Assembly (NCBI RefSeq): GCF_009914755.1
Contig: NC_060929.1
Direction: 5' to 3' (one strand)
DNA: 64,000 bases
Origin: the human T2T-CHM13v2.0 reference genome, Homo sapiens
Part shown: one piece after another, positions 1 through 16,101 of the stretch
How positions within the stretch are numbered: the first letter of the stretch is position 1
Layout of the letters: the number at the start of each line of letters is the position of its first letter
Translations under genes and position numbers: made by a program
Notes under the pieces: model-generated
Seen by the model: only the letters and a program-made list of their open reading frames with translations
Told to the model about the DNA's origin: nothing
The model's database searches: none

Positions 1-1995
1 AAACTCTCAAGGAATGAGAAAAGAGAAGACACCGCAAACAAAATGCTAGCTTCATTCATAATTAGGTTTTAAGAGTTTAAAAAGACAAGTCTAATCTGTT
101 TGGAGAAACTGTTGACAGCTCTTATGCTCTTTATTTTAAAAACTTCTAATAAAAATGATAACAGACAGCAATTTTTCAAAATTGATTTGAACTATTAACA
201 TTTTGTAATACTTTTTTGTATAGTCAATTCTTTATTGTTCAGCACTATTTTTTACTTCGTAAAAATATTTTTTTATGCTTATTAACTCCAAGCATCTACA
301 GTAAAATGGAATAAACATAAAACAATCATTTGAAAATTAGAGGAAGTGAATCAGATGATTTCTGATCCTATGCTAATTATTTTATTACATCTTATACTTA
401 CTTTATGTTTATCTGCAAGCCAATAAGTTTGTTGAAATAGCACATTTAGCTCCAAAGAAGATTTGAAAGGTGATACACTTTAGATTAGTTTGCAAACGGT
501 TCCAAAGGAGGAGACTAGATGGCAAAACTGAGCAGTTTCCTGGCCTTGCAGGAATGAAATCTGTATAGTGCATGTTATTTGCTTAGAAAGACATTTCAAG
601 AGTATCAGCCACATATATACTCAAACGCAGAGAGAAAATACCTCACAAAGTTCAATGCACAATGTTTTTTAGATTACTGAAATTTAAATTATCCACAAAT
701 TTGCTTTTATTTCTAACAGTTTAATAATTAAGAGCTGAGCAAATCTTATTACTTCTGTGGCCTAGGTCAGCAGAGACAGGCTGGCTTTTCAGAAAGCCTG
801 TTTCTTTCTTTTTTTGTTTTCTTCCCCCCATGCACACAGCTAGACCACACATCCCTGCCTCTCTTGCAGTGAGGTGTAATTATGTGAATGAGTTTCAGCT
901 AATAGGATGTATTTAGCTAATAGGATGTGGCTTCACTGCCAGGTCTGGTCCATAAAAGTCTCTTATACATGATCCTTTATGCCCTTTTTCCACCTTCCAG
1001 ACTCGCTCAGAACACAGTGACTTTGAAAACCTTGGATGAAGAGGACTGAGCTACAAAATAGAAAGAGCCTTGAAACACATTCCAGAAACACTTAACAGGA
1101 GAATCACCAATCAGGAACACCTAGATTGGACTTTATGTGAGTGAAAAAAAAAATATATATATATATAATTTTTGAACCATTACACATTTCATATTGAAAG
1201 TGAAGAACTGCTGAACGTAAGACATTTTACGACATTGGTTTTAGTGGCTGGGCATTAAACAACGAGGAAATGGATACTACAGGCTGGAAAGATAGAGACT
1301 CATGATATCCAGAAGCAAAACGCATGGTAAAGCTGCCTCCAAGGAGAACTTGAAAGAACCACAGAACCTGTAGCATCAGTGGAAGTGACTGGAAAAAATA
1401 AGACTGACTGCTTTTAGCAAGCTATCACAAGAGACAAATGTGCTTAGGAAAGAATGGACTGGTTTGCAAACAGAAATAAAGGGGATAAAGAAAGGCTAGA
1501 AATGTGGTTCCTCAAAGGACTGGAAAAGTTGACTGCTTTTAAACTTTAGGGAATAGAAGATAACCCTGGGGAAAAAAGACTTCGAGCAACAAAGGGCCAT
1601 AGGGTGACTGTATGTCCCAGTTTGACCAGGATAGTCATGGTTTATAACTGTTGCTTCTGCCTAAATATTAATAGTATTAATACAACTTATTCTGAGCCAA
1701 ATAAACAGATTACAAGTATGGCCTTCCTACTCAAAGTCTAAGTGCCTTTAAGTTAGCTGGCCAGGTAAGAGAAGAGAAAAAGGCATATCATAATATAGTT
1801 ATCTACTGCTGTGTCACAAACCACCCTAAGCTTAATAGTTTAAAACAACCTTTTATCTACTCATGATTTTTATGCAATTGAGAAGAAGCTTGGTGAGGAT
1901 GTCTTGTCTCTGCCCCGCAAGGAATCTCTTAGCTGTATTTACCTGGATCACTATTCACCATAAGGGTCAAGGAAACAAAGAAATAAATGAGGCCT

Positions 1996-2333
<338 letters not shown>

Positions 2334-2410
2334 TTACTGACACATGGAACTGACTGAAAAGCACATAAATCAGAAATCTACCGTGATTCTGAAGGAATTG
2401 AATTGTCAGC

Positions 2411-2872
2411 GTAAGGGAGGAGACCACCCCTCATATTGTCTTATGCCCAATTTCTGCCTCCAAAGAAAGAAGAAGTAAAAACTAAAAGGCAGAAATGAAA
2501 TCCACAGGCAGACAGCCCGGTGCCACGCCCTGGGCCTGGTAGTTAAATATCAACCCCTGACCTAACTGGTTATATTATCTATAGATTCCAGGCATTGTAT
2601 GGAAAAGCATTGTAAAAATCCCTGTCCTGTTCTGTTCCATTCTGATTACCAGTGCATGCAGCCCCCAGTCACGTACCCGCTGCTTGCTCAATGGATCACG
2701 ACCCTCTCAGGCAGACCCCCTCAGAGTTGTGAGCCTTTAAAAGGGACAGGAATTGCTCACTCAGGGAGCTTGGCTCTTGAGACAGGAGTCTTGCTGATGT
2801 CCCGGCCGAATAAACCCCTTCCTTCTTTAACTTGGTGTCTGAGGGATTTTGTCTGCGGCTCTTCTTGCTATA
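2411..2872 (+). mobile_element. Solo LTR2-family (HERV-E) LTR
   Basis: Starts taagggaggagaccacccctcatattgtcttatgcccaatttc. TATA-like tttaaaa ~2736, AATAAA 2809-2814, ends ...cttgctata. Confidence 0.85.
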
Positions 2873-3066
2873 AACACAATCACAAGCCCAAACTTGCACA
2901 CTAGGAGCGAGCAGTAAAGATGGGCCACAACCAAGAGGGACACACTTTGGGTGTATCTGTGGAGGATATAGGACAAGCACATACTTCCTAGAGGCCTGGA
3001 TCTAGGAACCACAGAGAACAATGGATAATGGACTTCCTACCAGAGAAAAGAATAAAGATCTGGTCA

Positions 3067-3462
<396 letters not shown>

Positions 3463-4022
3463 CTAATTCTTTTCCTTCCTAAATAGATGTGTGTATTGCA
3501 ATTCCACTACTGTAATTTGAGTGAATATGTGGATGGCAGTGGGGGTTCATAAAACTTGTCCTTTTCTAGATCATGGTAGCCCATAATTTGGCACATTTAC
3601 ATGGACAATGTATGGATGCCGTGTCTGCTTTAAACTTTGGTTTGTTTGTCTTCGGAAGAGGGTGAGTGTTTTCTGTATGTAAGGAGAAAGAAAAAGGATG
3701 TTGGGTGATCAGAAGAGCAGGCTGTGGCAGAGGCTTTTATGTGTTAACCGAAGTCCATTTCCTTTTCCTTCAAGGCACCTAGATATGCCATTTTTCCCAG
3801 AATTACCTTGCAGTTATGTGTGACTGTATGACTGAATTCTGACTAATGGACTATAAGTAGAAGTGATACATGCTATTTCCAAGTCTCATCCATAAAAACT
3901 TTCCACACTACCTGCATGGCATCTTTTCTCCTTGGCGTATTGAATGGAAAGATCTCCAAGGACCTGGAGAAGGATGGAGCCTAGTTTTCTGGCCTGATAG
4001 GGAATACCCTCAACTCTACTGA

Positions 4023-4340
<318 letters not shown>

Positions 4341-5021
4341 TAAATTTTTATTGTGATGAGCCACTAAGAATTTAGGTTTATTTATTAAAGCAACTTTTAA
4401 CTAATACAAGGAAATCAAATGTACCAGAGACGAATGTTGCCTGAGTCACAAATTACTATAGGTGTAACGTCAGTCTTATTTATAATAAATAAACCCAATT
4501 ATGTTCACTGTCAACAAACATTTTAAAGTTTTTATTTTCTTTTAGGGGTTCAAGAGCAATATAAAACCTCTTAGGCAAAAGTTGGAGTATTTACTTGGCA
4601 CATACACTTTCCTTTAGCATTGGTCTCTTCTGAAGGGATCGGCTTCGGCAGTCATATCTAATCAGTGCCACCGCCAGTCCTGCTGATTGACAGGGCTGGA
4701 AATTTGAACCAAGATGAACCAATTTGATTGTAGCTCCATAAGATTTTGGTATTGTGAAACTACTATGTAGGGATTGAGCAAAACTAAGTCATTTTAATGG
4801 CAGGATCCTAGTGTGAATTCCATAAGCTTCTGCTGATCAATGGGTAAAATATATGACCAAGATTTGTTTTGAAATACTCCAGGAAAAAAAAAAGTTTGAA
4901 GAAGATATGTGTATATGTATGTGTGTGTTAATTTAAAAAAAACCAGTATAATTAATACCCATATATTCATCAAAAGCTTCAATAATTATCAACATTTGCC
5001 ACTCTTGTTTCTTATTTGTAT

Positions 5022-5053
5022 ACACACACACACAGACACACACACACACACAC
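5022..5053. repeat. (CA)n microsatellite
   Basis: acacacacacacagacacacacacacacacac. Confidence 0.9.
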
Positions 5054-5109
5054 GCTCTTTGTTTTTAAAGAAGTGTATCTCTCATATGGTTAAAAATTCA
5101 TATACTGGA

Positions 5110-5400
5110 TTCTGATGGACTGGGTTTCATATCTTGTCTTTCTTGCTTTTGGGAAGTATCCAGCTTGGGTGAGTCATTTTATCTTTTGTGCGGTTCAATA
5201 TTCTCATTTGCAACACAAAGAAAATATTTATACTTACATTTTAGAGATGATTAAAGATTAAATAAAATATGTAAAGCCCTTACTATGTTATTAAAAATTA
5301 AAATAGAATAAAATATGTAAATCCCTGAGTATATTATTAAAGATCAAATAAAATATGTAAAGCCCTTAGTATGTCCAGGGCATGGTAGGTATATAATATG
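5110..5400. mobile_element. MIR remnant with internal ~40-bp triplication
   Basis: MIR-like core (ttgggtgagtca..ttctcatttg..attaaataaaatatgtaaagccctta). Confidence 0.6.
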
Positions 5401-5422
5401 TGTTTTTTAAAAAAATAGTGCT

Positions 5423-5720
5423 GGCCAGGCACAGTGGCTCATGCCTGTAATCCCAGCACTTTGAGAGGCCGAGGCGGGCAGATCACTTGAGGTCAGGAGT
5501 TCGAGAACAACCTGGCCAACATGGTGAAACCCCGTCTCTACCAAAAATACAAAAACTAGCTGGGCACAGTGGCACATCCCTGTAATCCCAGCTACTCGGG
5601 AGGCTGAGGCAGGAGAATCATTTGAACCCGGGAGGCGGAGGTTTCAGTGAACCAAGATCATGCCACTACACTCCTACCTGGGTGACAGAGCAAGACTCTG
5701 TCTCAAAAAAAAAAAAAAAA
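5423..5720 (+). mobile_element. Alu (AluS-like)
   Basis: Full dimer; TSD aaaaatagtgc. Confidence 0.95.
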
Positions 5721-7629
5721 ATAGTGCCATGGAGGAAGTTTATATAATATATAGTGATGGCAAAAAGAAAAGACTGATGGACACTTCTTGGACGGTGGGA
5801 GTGGGGACATTAAATGAAAGAGCAACTGTTAACCTAGGTCTTTAAGATTGCATTGGAAGTTTCTAAAAAAATAAGATTGCATAGAGGATATCCAAGAGAG
5901 AAAAGTGATGGCATTTGGGTTACATACAAGGATGCAGTGAACATTTATAATTTTTTTGACTGCCCTGCATGTAAATCTCATTTGTATGTTTGGGAAATTA
6001 CCATCTTATGGATATGGACAAGAGGTGAAGACTGCCTCTTACCAAGAAACCTGAAAATGACACATCCCCTTTCCCATCTCCTATGCAGCTAAGATATAAG
6101 CATGTGACCCAGATTCAGGCACTGAGACATATTTGCCTTGGATTTTGGAGAGGGAGTCACTGGGCACCCAGGGCAGTGAAGGATCCATTATGGAGATAGG
6201 TGGCAGTAGTGGTGGCAGCAGGCATAGTTTTCATGGACAGCAATGGTCTTGGTTCCAGAAATGGGGTCTAGGAAGCTGTGCACCCTGTATTTAACACAAT
6301 ACTAGAGTCCTCACTGGACTACTTTTTGTGGCATAATTTGGCTTTGGTCCTGCTTTCTGCCTAGGTTATTTATTACTGCCCTTTTAAAATTTAGCTCAGT
6401 TCTTCAGACCTCTTGTGATTCGATTTCCTACTCAGTATGTTTTCAGTAACTTCCTTTACTGATGCTCCACTGACTGAGATATTTGGGATCTTCGATAACT
6501 TCCTTTCTATAACCACAGTAGGTTTTTGTTGTTTACATTTATGAGTCCTGATAGATAAGAAAGTGGAGCAGGCTAAGGGGTTTGGTAGTAAGCGGTAGGG
6601 GTGAAGATGGAGAGCTTACAATTTTGGATAAGGTGGTATGTTGGATTTCTGCCAGTTTGCTATCAGATTTCTTCCCTGCCTTTCCCTGCTCTGCCATTTA
6701 TAAGATACCATTTCCCCTGGGTTCTCTGGACTTCTGGCTTCTAGTTGCATTAGCTAATGGGAAGCACCGGCAGATTGGAGAGTAAGTTGGGGGTACTTAT
6801 CCTTCCTCCCCCTGCTTGGGGTGGGGTTATCCTTGGCAGTGGTTGCATTGTTTTCCCCATGATTTTAGTTCCTGTTAGACAGCGTCTCCTTCCCTGATCC
6901 CAGCTCCTGCTCAACAGCCCTTGCTGTGGTTTTGAATCCCATTGGCTACCCCAGCTTTAGAGCTCTGGTAACACCAGTTTTCCCTGTGGTGTATTAGCTC
7001 TTAGGGGTGATAGCAGATGTTGCTGATTCTAGTATCTGAGTTGCCTCATGAGCTTCCTTGTTTAGTTCCCCAGAAATGCCATCACCTGTGTAAACAATTC
7101 CCCTAAATTAGATGTCCTCTGAAATATCTAAAGCAGTTTCTGTTTTCCTTACAAGACATTGACTGATATATACGTCAAGGAAAGCCTCACTGAAAAGGTG
7201 ACATTTGATCAAAGACTTAAAGAATGGAGGGCGTTAGCCATGTTGATATGGGGGAAGTATATTCTAGGCAGAGGGAACAATCCATGCAAAGGCCCTAACC
7301 TGAAAACCTGCCTGGCATGTTTAAGAAAACAACAGAGAGAGGAAGAAAAAAGTCATAGCAGATGTAAAAGATCAACTCTGATGCTAGGACCCGCTGGAGG
7401 GTACTGAGCAAGGGAGTGAAATGAATTGCCTTATATTTTTAAAAAGACTACTGTGGCAGCTGTATTGAGAATATACTATAAGTGGGTAAGGATGAATGCA
7501 GGGAGACATATTAAAAGACTTGCAGCATTCCAGGCAAGAGATGATAGTAGCATGGACCTGTGTGCTAGCAATAGAGGTAGTGATAAGTGGTCATATTATA
7601 GTTTTACTTTGAAGGTAGCGTAAAATAAA

Positions 7630-8355
<726 letters not shown>

Positions 8356-11300
8356 GGACAGACTTACTAGAAAGATCTTATATAGGTGGTTCAGGATGGG
8401 ATGAGATCTAGTGCACAAGTGGAGGGATTAGCTTTAGATAGAGGCATGGATACTTTATCTATGATAATAGGAGGGAAGGTAGAGTATGTGAGTGCAGCTG
8501 CTGGTAAGTGATAAGGTAGTGAGTGTCTGAAGAAGTCTTCTTTTGATTGCTCCACTTTTCTCAGTCACGTAGGAAAGTCATCGCAAGAATTGAGAACTGG
8601 AGAGATTCGAGGAGAGAAAACAAGGTGTGAAAGATCCACATAATAAAGTGAGAAAATTAATGTGATAAGAATGCAAAGAAGTTTAATATAATTGCTAAGT
8701 AGCAATATGGCCAACTTGAAGTTTATGGTCAAATGAGACAAATCAGTATGGTTTGATACTTTTCTCCAGTCCTGTTCGCTTTTATGGGTGCAGGTGCAGA
8801 ACAGAAAGAGAGTTGGATTTAATTTAGATGGCAGTTTTGCTGAGTACAAAAAAAAAAAATGAGAAACAGACAGGAGAGTCATGAGTAGAAGCATAACAGT
8901 TGGCCATAGAATTTAACCTGGGTAAGAGAAGAGGGTCCTCATCAAAGGAGTGGAGAACAGGAAAATGGTGGTAGGATCAATAGATTGGCATTTCTTAGGG
9001 AATCAAATGATGATTAGAGATCCAGGCTTCTTCCACATCATTATTCTTTCATCATTAAGTATAGCTATTGTCCTCATGATCTGAGTTTTCACACTTAGCT
9101 CCAGGCAGCAGGATAAAAGAAGTAAAAGTAGGGGAAAAGAAGTGTGACTCTTATCTGCATTTAAAGGAGGTTTCCCAGAAGTTGTCACATGATACTGCCC
9201 CCTTGTATTTCAATGGCCAGAACCTAGTCACATGGCTACTCCTAGCAATAAAGAGGCTGAAAAATAAAGTCTTTATTCCAGAAACCAGTAAAAAAATAAA
9301 ATAAAATAAAATAACAGGTTCTATTACCACAAAAAAGGGGAGGAAATATATTAGGGCAGACAATTACTATATTTCTTTGATTCTAAGATGTGCATTTTCC
9401 CACAGTTTACCTCTCTGAAATCAAGACATATAATTAGTACTATGTCATGGTTCAATTGCTGCATTGTTTTCTTTCTTAATAGTACAGAAAATAACGGTGC
9501 CTTTTACAGTTGATGACATGTATTAGAAGAAAGATGATAGTACATATCTTGCCAAGGCAGAGATACTGAGGGGAAGAACAGATTTTCTTGGGGCAAGAGA
9601 AAGGGGTGAAATAGAATTAGTTTGGTTTTCTATATGTTAAGTTTGAGAATGACCTATGTGCAGTTGAAAATTTAGGGCTGAAACTCCAGCGGGTGATGAA
9701 GTATGTTCTGAAATTTATGTGGGAAAACTCCTTGAGTTCTTAAGAATGTGATTATTTGTACCTCTTGTTTTCCAAAAATAATTTCAAGTGACAGATCTTC
9801 ACTATAGGTAGAAATTCTTTCATTTGTTGCCAAAGCCTCAGCTGCACTGCTAGATGTCATGATAATTTTATAAGATGATAAGGTATTAAGTTTTTCAAAT
9901 AAATTAGCAGTGAAAAATGAGATGTGATAAAAAAATTAGTTTGTAGCCAATAAAGTGATGGTGGAATTTTGTCATGTCTATAGTGATTGTATGTGAAACT
10001 TCTGATAGAAATGTCTGGTTTTAATTTATTTTTTTCTGGATGCTTTACTAAAGACCCATGTGCAAGGGGAAAAATTAAAAACAGACAACTTTGGATCCAC
10101 TGTAACTTTCACATGCCATCAGAAAGTCTAAGATAAATGTTTCATTTGGCAATCATGGATGAAGTGCAAGCAAAAAGTAAAGTCAATTTACATTTTAATA
10201 CTCCTATTTGAAATAATAAAATGGTATTTGGACATAGGCATTTTACTACGCTTACTGGTAGAATGCATAGTTTGGTTGAAGTTATAAAAAAATGCACACA
10301 GCAAATTATTTCTGTTCCACTCTCAGGTCTATATCCTTATTTGAAATGTAAGAAAAAAGGAAATGAAAGAGGTTATTACATTTTTTTAATGCAAGCCCAG
10401 TAAAAGGTAAATTTATCTTTTCCGATCTCTTGCCAGCAACGTGGAGCTCCTGTCCCCAATATCTCACCAAGTTCTTCAGGAAATGGCAACTGATCAAAGA
10501 TGAAATTTTAGAAACCAATAAGATCTATAGACCCAAGACAGCAATCACATTAATTTGTATGAGCTTTTCCTAAGCAAAATAGCAAATAGAGATAGCACTG
10601 TTTTTTTTCATTTTTTTGACATTTTAAAAGTTCCAGTTACTTTCATTCACTTATTCCATACATCCTTTGGAGGCTGCTATATGTGAGGGACTAGGCTAGA
10701 TACTGGGAAAATGATAATCAAAATCAGATATGATCCTTGTCTTCAGATAACTTACTTTACATTGTAGAGAAAGTGACAATGATAGTGTATTAAAACTGAG
10801 ACATGAGAGGTGCTACGAAGAAGGAAGATGTGATGCTAGGAGAGTCTACAGAAAGAGCTGACATAAAGGGAAGTCAGAGAAGTATTTTTCATGTAAGAGC
10901 ATAGGAAAAGATGTTTTTGGATGCAGAATATCTAACTAATGGAGGTTTAAACAATTAAGTCATTTATTACCTCATGTAACAGGAAGTTTGGAGGTATTTT
11001 CATCAGGTTTGGTTTAAAAGTCGGTTCAGGATTGGCTCAATGATGTCAACTAAGCCCTAGGCTCTTTTCCTCTCTCTATTCCTCCACCCCTTCTTGTTAG
11101 CTAAGCTCTTATGCTTGTCCCTTCTAGTTCAGAAGATGCCACAGTTCTAGGCATTATGTCCTCATATAACTGCATTCAGACGCAGGAAAAGAGGTATTTC
11201 TTCTTGTATGTCTTTTTTTTTTTTTTTTTTTTTTCAGAAGTCTTTTTTCTCAAAAGGGATTTCAGATCCTGTTGGCTTTGGACATGTTCATGTGCTAGCT

Positions 11301-12019
11301 GCAGGAGCTAATGGGAAAGCCAATATACAGCAACTTTAGTCTCTATCATAGGAGTCAGGCTCTGTCAGCAAGGATGGCGGAGGTGAAAAATGCCTGTAAG
11401 ACGTAGTTTCTACCATGGGGAGTGACTCTGAAGGATGTGACTCACAGCTGTGATCTGAAGGGCAAGGAGGATGACTAGAGAAGAGGCAAAGAAGTGGACT
11501 CTAGTAGTTAACAACTTCTGGGGCAGCACATTGAAATAACAAAATGGCACTTGGACCTAGACATTCTATTAAGCTTAATGGTACAGCCTGTGGTATAGGT
11601 GAAATAGTATAAATAAATGAACATACCAAGTTATTTCTGTTCCATTCTAACACCTATATCCTGTATATAAGGTCAGAAAGGACCTCAGGAATGGGCAGCT
11701 GAGGGAATCCAGCAGAAAGTGAAGGGAATCAAAGATTCCACTAGGGTTCTGGCAATGCTGATGTTGGATTATGGGCTGTACAAAAGACAAAGAGACTAGA
11801 GACCGGGGGCTTTCCTGGGGAATTCAGATCCATGGAAGTTGGGGACTAGAATAGGTGTTAGGTGGAGAGGTTGAGCTTTGGTTGGTAGGGCCAGTAACAG
11901 GGCTATAGGAAGTTGCTCTTATGAACACTGGGACACATCCCATTATTCCTTCACATAGAAAATCTTTATTAAAATTCACCCAGACACCAAAGCCACCCTT
12001 GGGCTTAAAATTTCTCTCT

Positions 12020-13468
12020 GAAATAGAGAACCCAGAAATAGCCACACACAAGTATGGCCAACTGATATTTTGACAAAGGTGCAAAAGGGACTCCATGGAA
12101 GAAGGATAAACTTTTCAATAAGTAGTGCTAGAGCAATTGGATAGCCACAAGCAAAAACCTGAACCTAAACCTCACACCTATTAATGGAAAACTTAACTCA
12201 CAAAAATTACATAGACTTAAATGTAAAAGGCAAAACTAAAACAACCTTTGAAAGAAAACAAGATAAAATCTTTAGGATACAGGATTAGAGAATAGTTCTC
12301 AGACATGACAGCAAAAGCACAATCCATAAATTTAAAAAATGAATAAACTGGACTTCATCAAAATTAAAAATATTTGTTCTGTGGCAGATCTTGTCAAGAG
12401 AATGAAAATACAAACTACAGATTGAAGAAAATATTTGTGAATCATGCATCTGACAAAAGACACATCTAATATATGAAGAACTCTCAAAATGTACAGGTAA
12501 AAAACCAAATAATGCTAATTAGAAAATGGGCAAAAGACATAAGGACATTTAACTGAATGGAATATACAGATGGCAGATAAAAACATGAAAAGATATTCAA
12601 CATTATTAGCCACCAGGGGAATAAATGTAAAACTGTGATGAGGTATTACTGCACATTTATTATTTACTTTAGCTCAGCTAAAACAAAAATAGCAATAATA
12701 GAAAATGCTGGTGAGGATATGGAGAAACTGGATCTCTCATACATTGCTGGAGGAAATGTAAAATGTTACAGTTACTCTGGAAAACAGTTTTTAATTTCTT
12801 TAAAAAATGACACATACATGTATCACATGACCTGGCAATTGCACTCCTGGGCATTTATCTCAGAGAAATGAAGATTTTTGTCCACATAAAAACCTGTATT
12901 CAATTGTTTGCAGCAGTTTTATTTGTAATGGCCCCAAATGGGAAACAATCAAAATGTTCTGCAATAGGTGAATGGTTAAACAAATTGTGGTACATCCATG
13001 TCATGGAATATTACTCAGCAATAAAAAAGGAATGAACTATTGATAAACACAACAACTTGGATGGGTCTCAAGTGCATTATGCCAAGTGAAAGAAGCCAAT
13101 CTTAGAAGGTCATGTACTGCATGAGTCCATTCATATAACATCTCAAAATGTCAAAATTATAAAAACAGAAACAGAGATCACTAGGGTTAGGAGGGCAGGT
13201 GTTACCAAAAAGGTTAGCACTAGGGAGATCTTTGTGAGGGTGGAATAGTTCTGTATCTTGATCATGGTGGTGGTTACACAAAATATGTAGTAGAATGACA
13301 TAGGACTACACAAATACTTTATATCAATGCCAGTTTCCTGGCTTTGATACTGTACTAGAGTTATACGAGATGTAATCACTGGGGGAAACAGGTACACAAG
13401 ACATCTGTACTATCTTTGCAACTTCATGTGAATCTATAACTATTTCAAAATGAAAAGTTTGAAAGAAA
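12020..13468 (+). mobile_element. 5'-truncated L1MC-type LINE 3' end
   Basis: L1 ORF2-end and 3'UTR motifs ending gtgaatctataactatttcaaaatgaaaagttt; imperfect TSD aaaattt(c)tctctga. Confidence 0.85.
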
Positions 13469-14461
13469 ATTTTCTCTGAGGCATCTCTCCCTTGCCTTCC
13501 TTCATCTTGTGCATTTCTTTCCCTGAGTATGACTTTTTCTCTTTCTTTCTCCCTTTCCCTTATGTACTGGGTTTTCCTTTAACGGTCCATAATGCCAAAC
13601 TATGTCATTCCCCATCCTCCTATTGTTCCTATTTATTTAATGAAGGTTATGTTTTCATGTGCTTAATTTTAAAAGCAGGAAAGTACTAACTCTTTAAACA
13701 AATTTCTTAAAAAACAAAACCCAAAACTAACCTGCTTTTTATTTTATATAATTCAGTTAGTCATTATTCTTTAAGGTCGGAAGTCCACAATACAAACATG
13801 TTTCCAACACTTGTATTGGAAGATAATTTTTGTTTTATATGCATGGAGCATTAATATCATTCTTCATGTCTATGGATTATGAACACACACACATTCAGGA
13901 TTTACTGGGGAAACAGTGACATCAAATATTATGTTCTATTGATTCTTCATATAAATCTACATGTCAAAAAATAATCCTTTGCCAGATCACGTATCCAGAT
14001 TTTTCGTTTGGAAAATACGAACATTACTACTACAGAATATCAAACTGAATACAGCCCTGTCCTGAGGGCTTGCAAAGTGAATCTGGCAATACTTTGGAAA
14101 AGTACTACTGCAGGTTCTCAAGGACCCAAAGAGCTCTCCAGCTTTTCCAGTGGGTTCAGCCCCAAATATCCTAATTTCTTCAATAAATTACGAGTTGCAG
14201 GTGTTTAAATATGCAAGTATATTTTGGTCTTTTCGTTATCATTGTAAAACACCAGTCCTAACAAGCAGTAAAGATTACACTTTATGGTGGTAATATTTAC
14301 AGTTAATGCACTTCTGCATTTCTTCCCGCACATTTTTCTTCTTACTTATTTAAACTAAGCGTTTCCCCTCTTTTTTTAAGCCCCAGTATTAAAAAGAAAA
14401 TAAAATCCCAAAGAATTTCGCAACATTGCGATTGCACTGGCTTGAGAACGAAGGAAGTTAG

Positions 14462-14608
<147 letters not shown>

Positions 14609-15816
14609 TAATAGAATTTTCACACTTTTCTTCAAGCTTCTTGGGTCCCTCCATTTTTGCGGAGTCTCTGCTGGCTGAGTTCCGGAGGAGGCCTCGGGGA
14701 AGGCGTCCTCTGTTGACCCTTTTCTCGGGAGAGGTCGGGCGGACTAGGGACTGTCTGCTATCAATGGGCGTTGGCCAGGCGAGTGAGGGCGTGAGTGCGA
14801 GGCCGGGGAGGAGGACCTGTGGTTTTCTGGAAGCTTTCGTATTCGGCTTGTCGCTGAGGGAGAGGGTCCGTGGAGGTTTTGCCTCCGGAGCTGCAAGCTG
14901 AACCTTAGCCCTCAGAGAAGGGGAGGAGTCTCACTGATTTCTGTTTCCACTTTCTGCATCCCTTCCATTTGTCACCTGTTTGCCCACCACTCCAGTCCTT
15001 ACAGAAGGGTTAAATCACTGTATCCCTTCCATGGTTTTAAGTGGTTTTAATTTGGTTTCTGCATAGGAAGATTGTTTATTCATCAGTCTGCTTGGGAGGA
15101 AAACTTGTTTGGAATTCAGTGTTAGTAAAAATATCACTGCTAGTAATATTGGAAGGTAATTTTTAAAAGGCTGGTGGTAATGCCTGGAGGTTTTCTAGGG
15201 ATTTTGTTAAAGCCTCACAATAATTCAGGGATTGAATTGAGTTGTTGAGGGCTCTTTGCGTCCTTGAGAACCTAAAGTAGTACTTTTCCAAAGTATTGTC
15301 AGATTCAGTTGTCAGTTGATTGAGTTGTTACTGTTTTTCCTTGAAGCATTTTTGTGATGATTTTTTTTTTTTGGCTGTATTAACCTTCCATTTTCTATTT
15401 TTCAGAATTTCCTGGAGTTTTTTAAATTATAGTACTAATGCTATACGTACATACACACACATATTAGAACAAAGATTGGAAAGACTGGATGGAGAGATTT
15501 GAAGGGGGTAGGAGGTGGATGCAAGTGGTTAAAAGTTGAAAGGAAGGTCTAGTAGAATGCTAATTGATTTAGTGTTAAATATAAATGGAATGCAGAGAAT
15601 TAGGATGAGTTAATTCGGAAGAATTTTTAAGGATGAGTTTTATTAAGGTTTAAATATAGTGGGTGTTGGGTGGGAAAGAAGAGAGTGTCCCGTAGGGTCC
15701 GTGGCTTATGAAAAGGCTTGAAAGCATTAGTTAAACGATTACTAAATACATAGAATAGAGTCACTCAAAAGTAAGGGTGCTAAGATTGGGGAAAGGTAAA
15801 TGATGTTTGTAATTAA

Positions 15817-16101
<285 letters not shown>

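Noticed and set aside
14723-14732. TCTCGGGAGA resembling the BANP motif TCTCGCGAGA
   Set aside because: The mismatch falls in the essential CGCG core.
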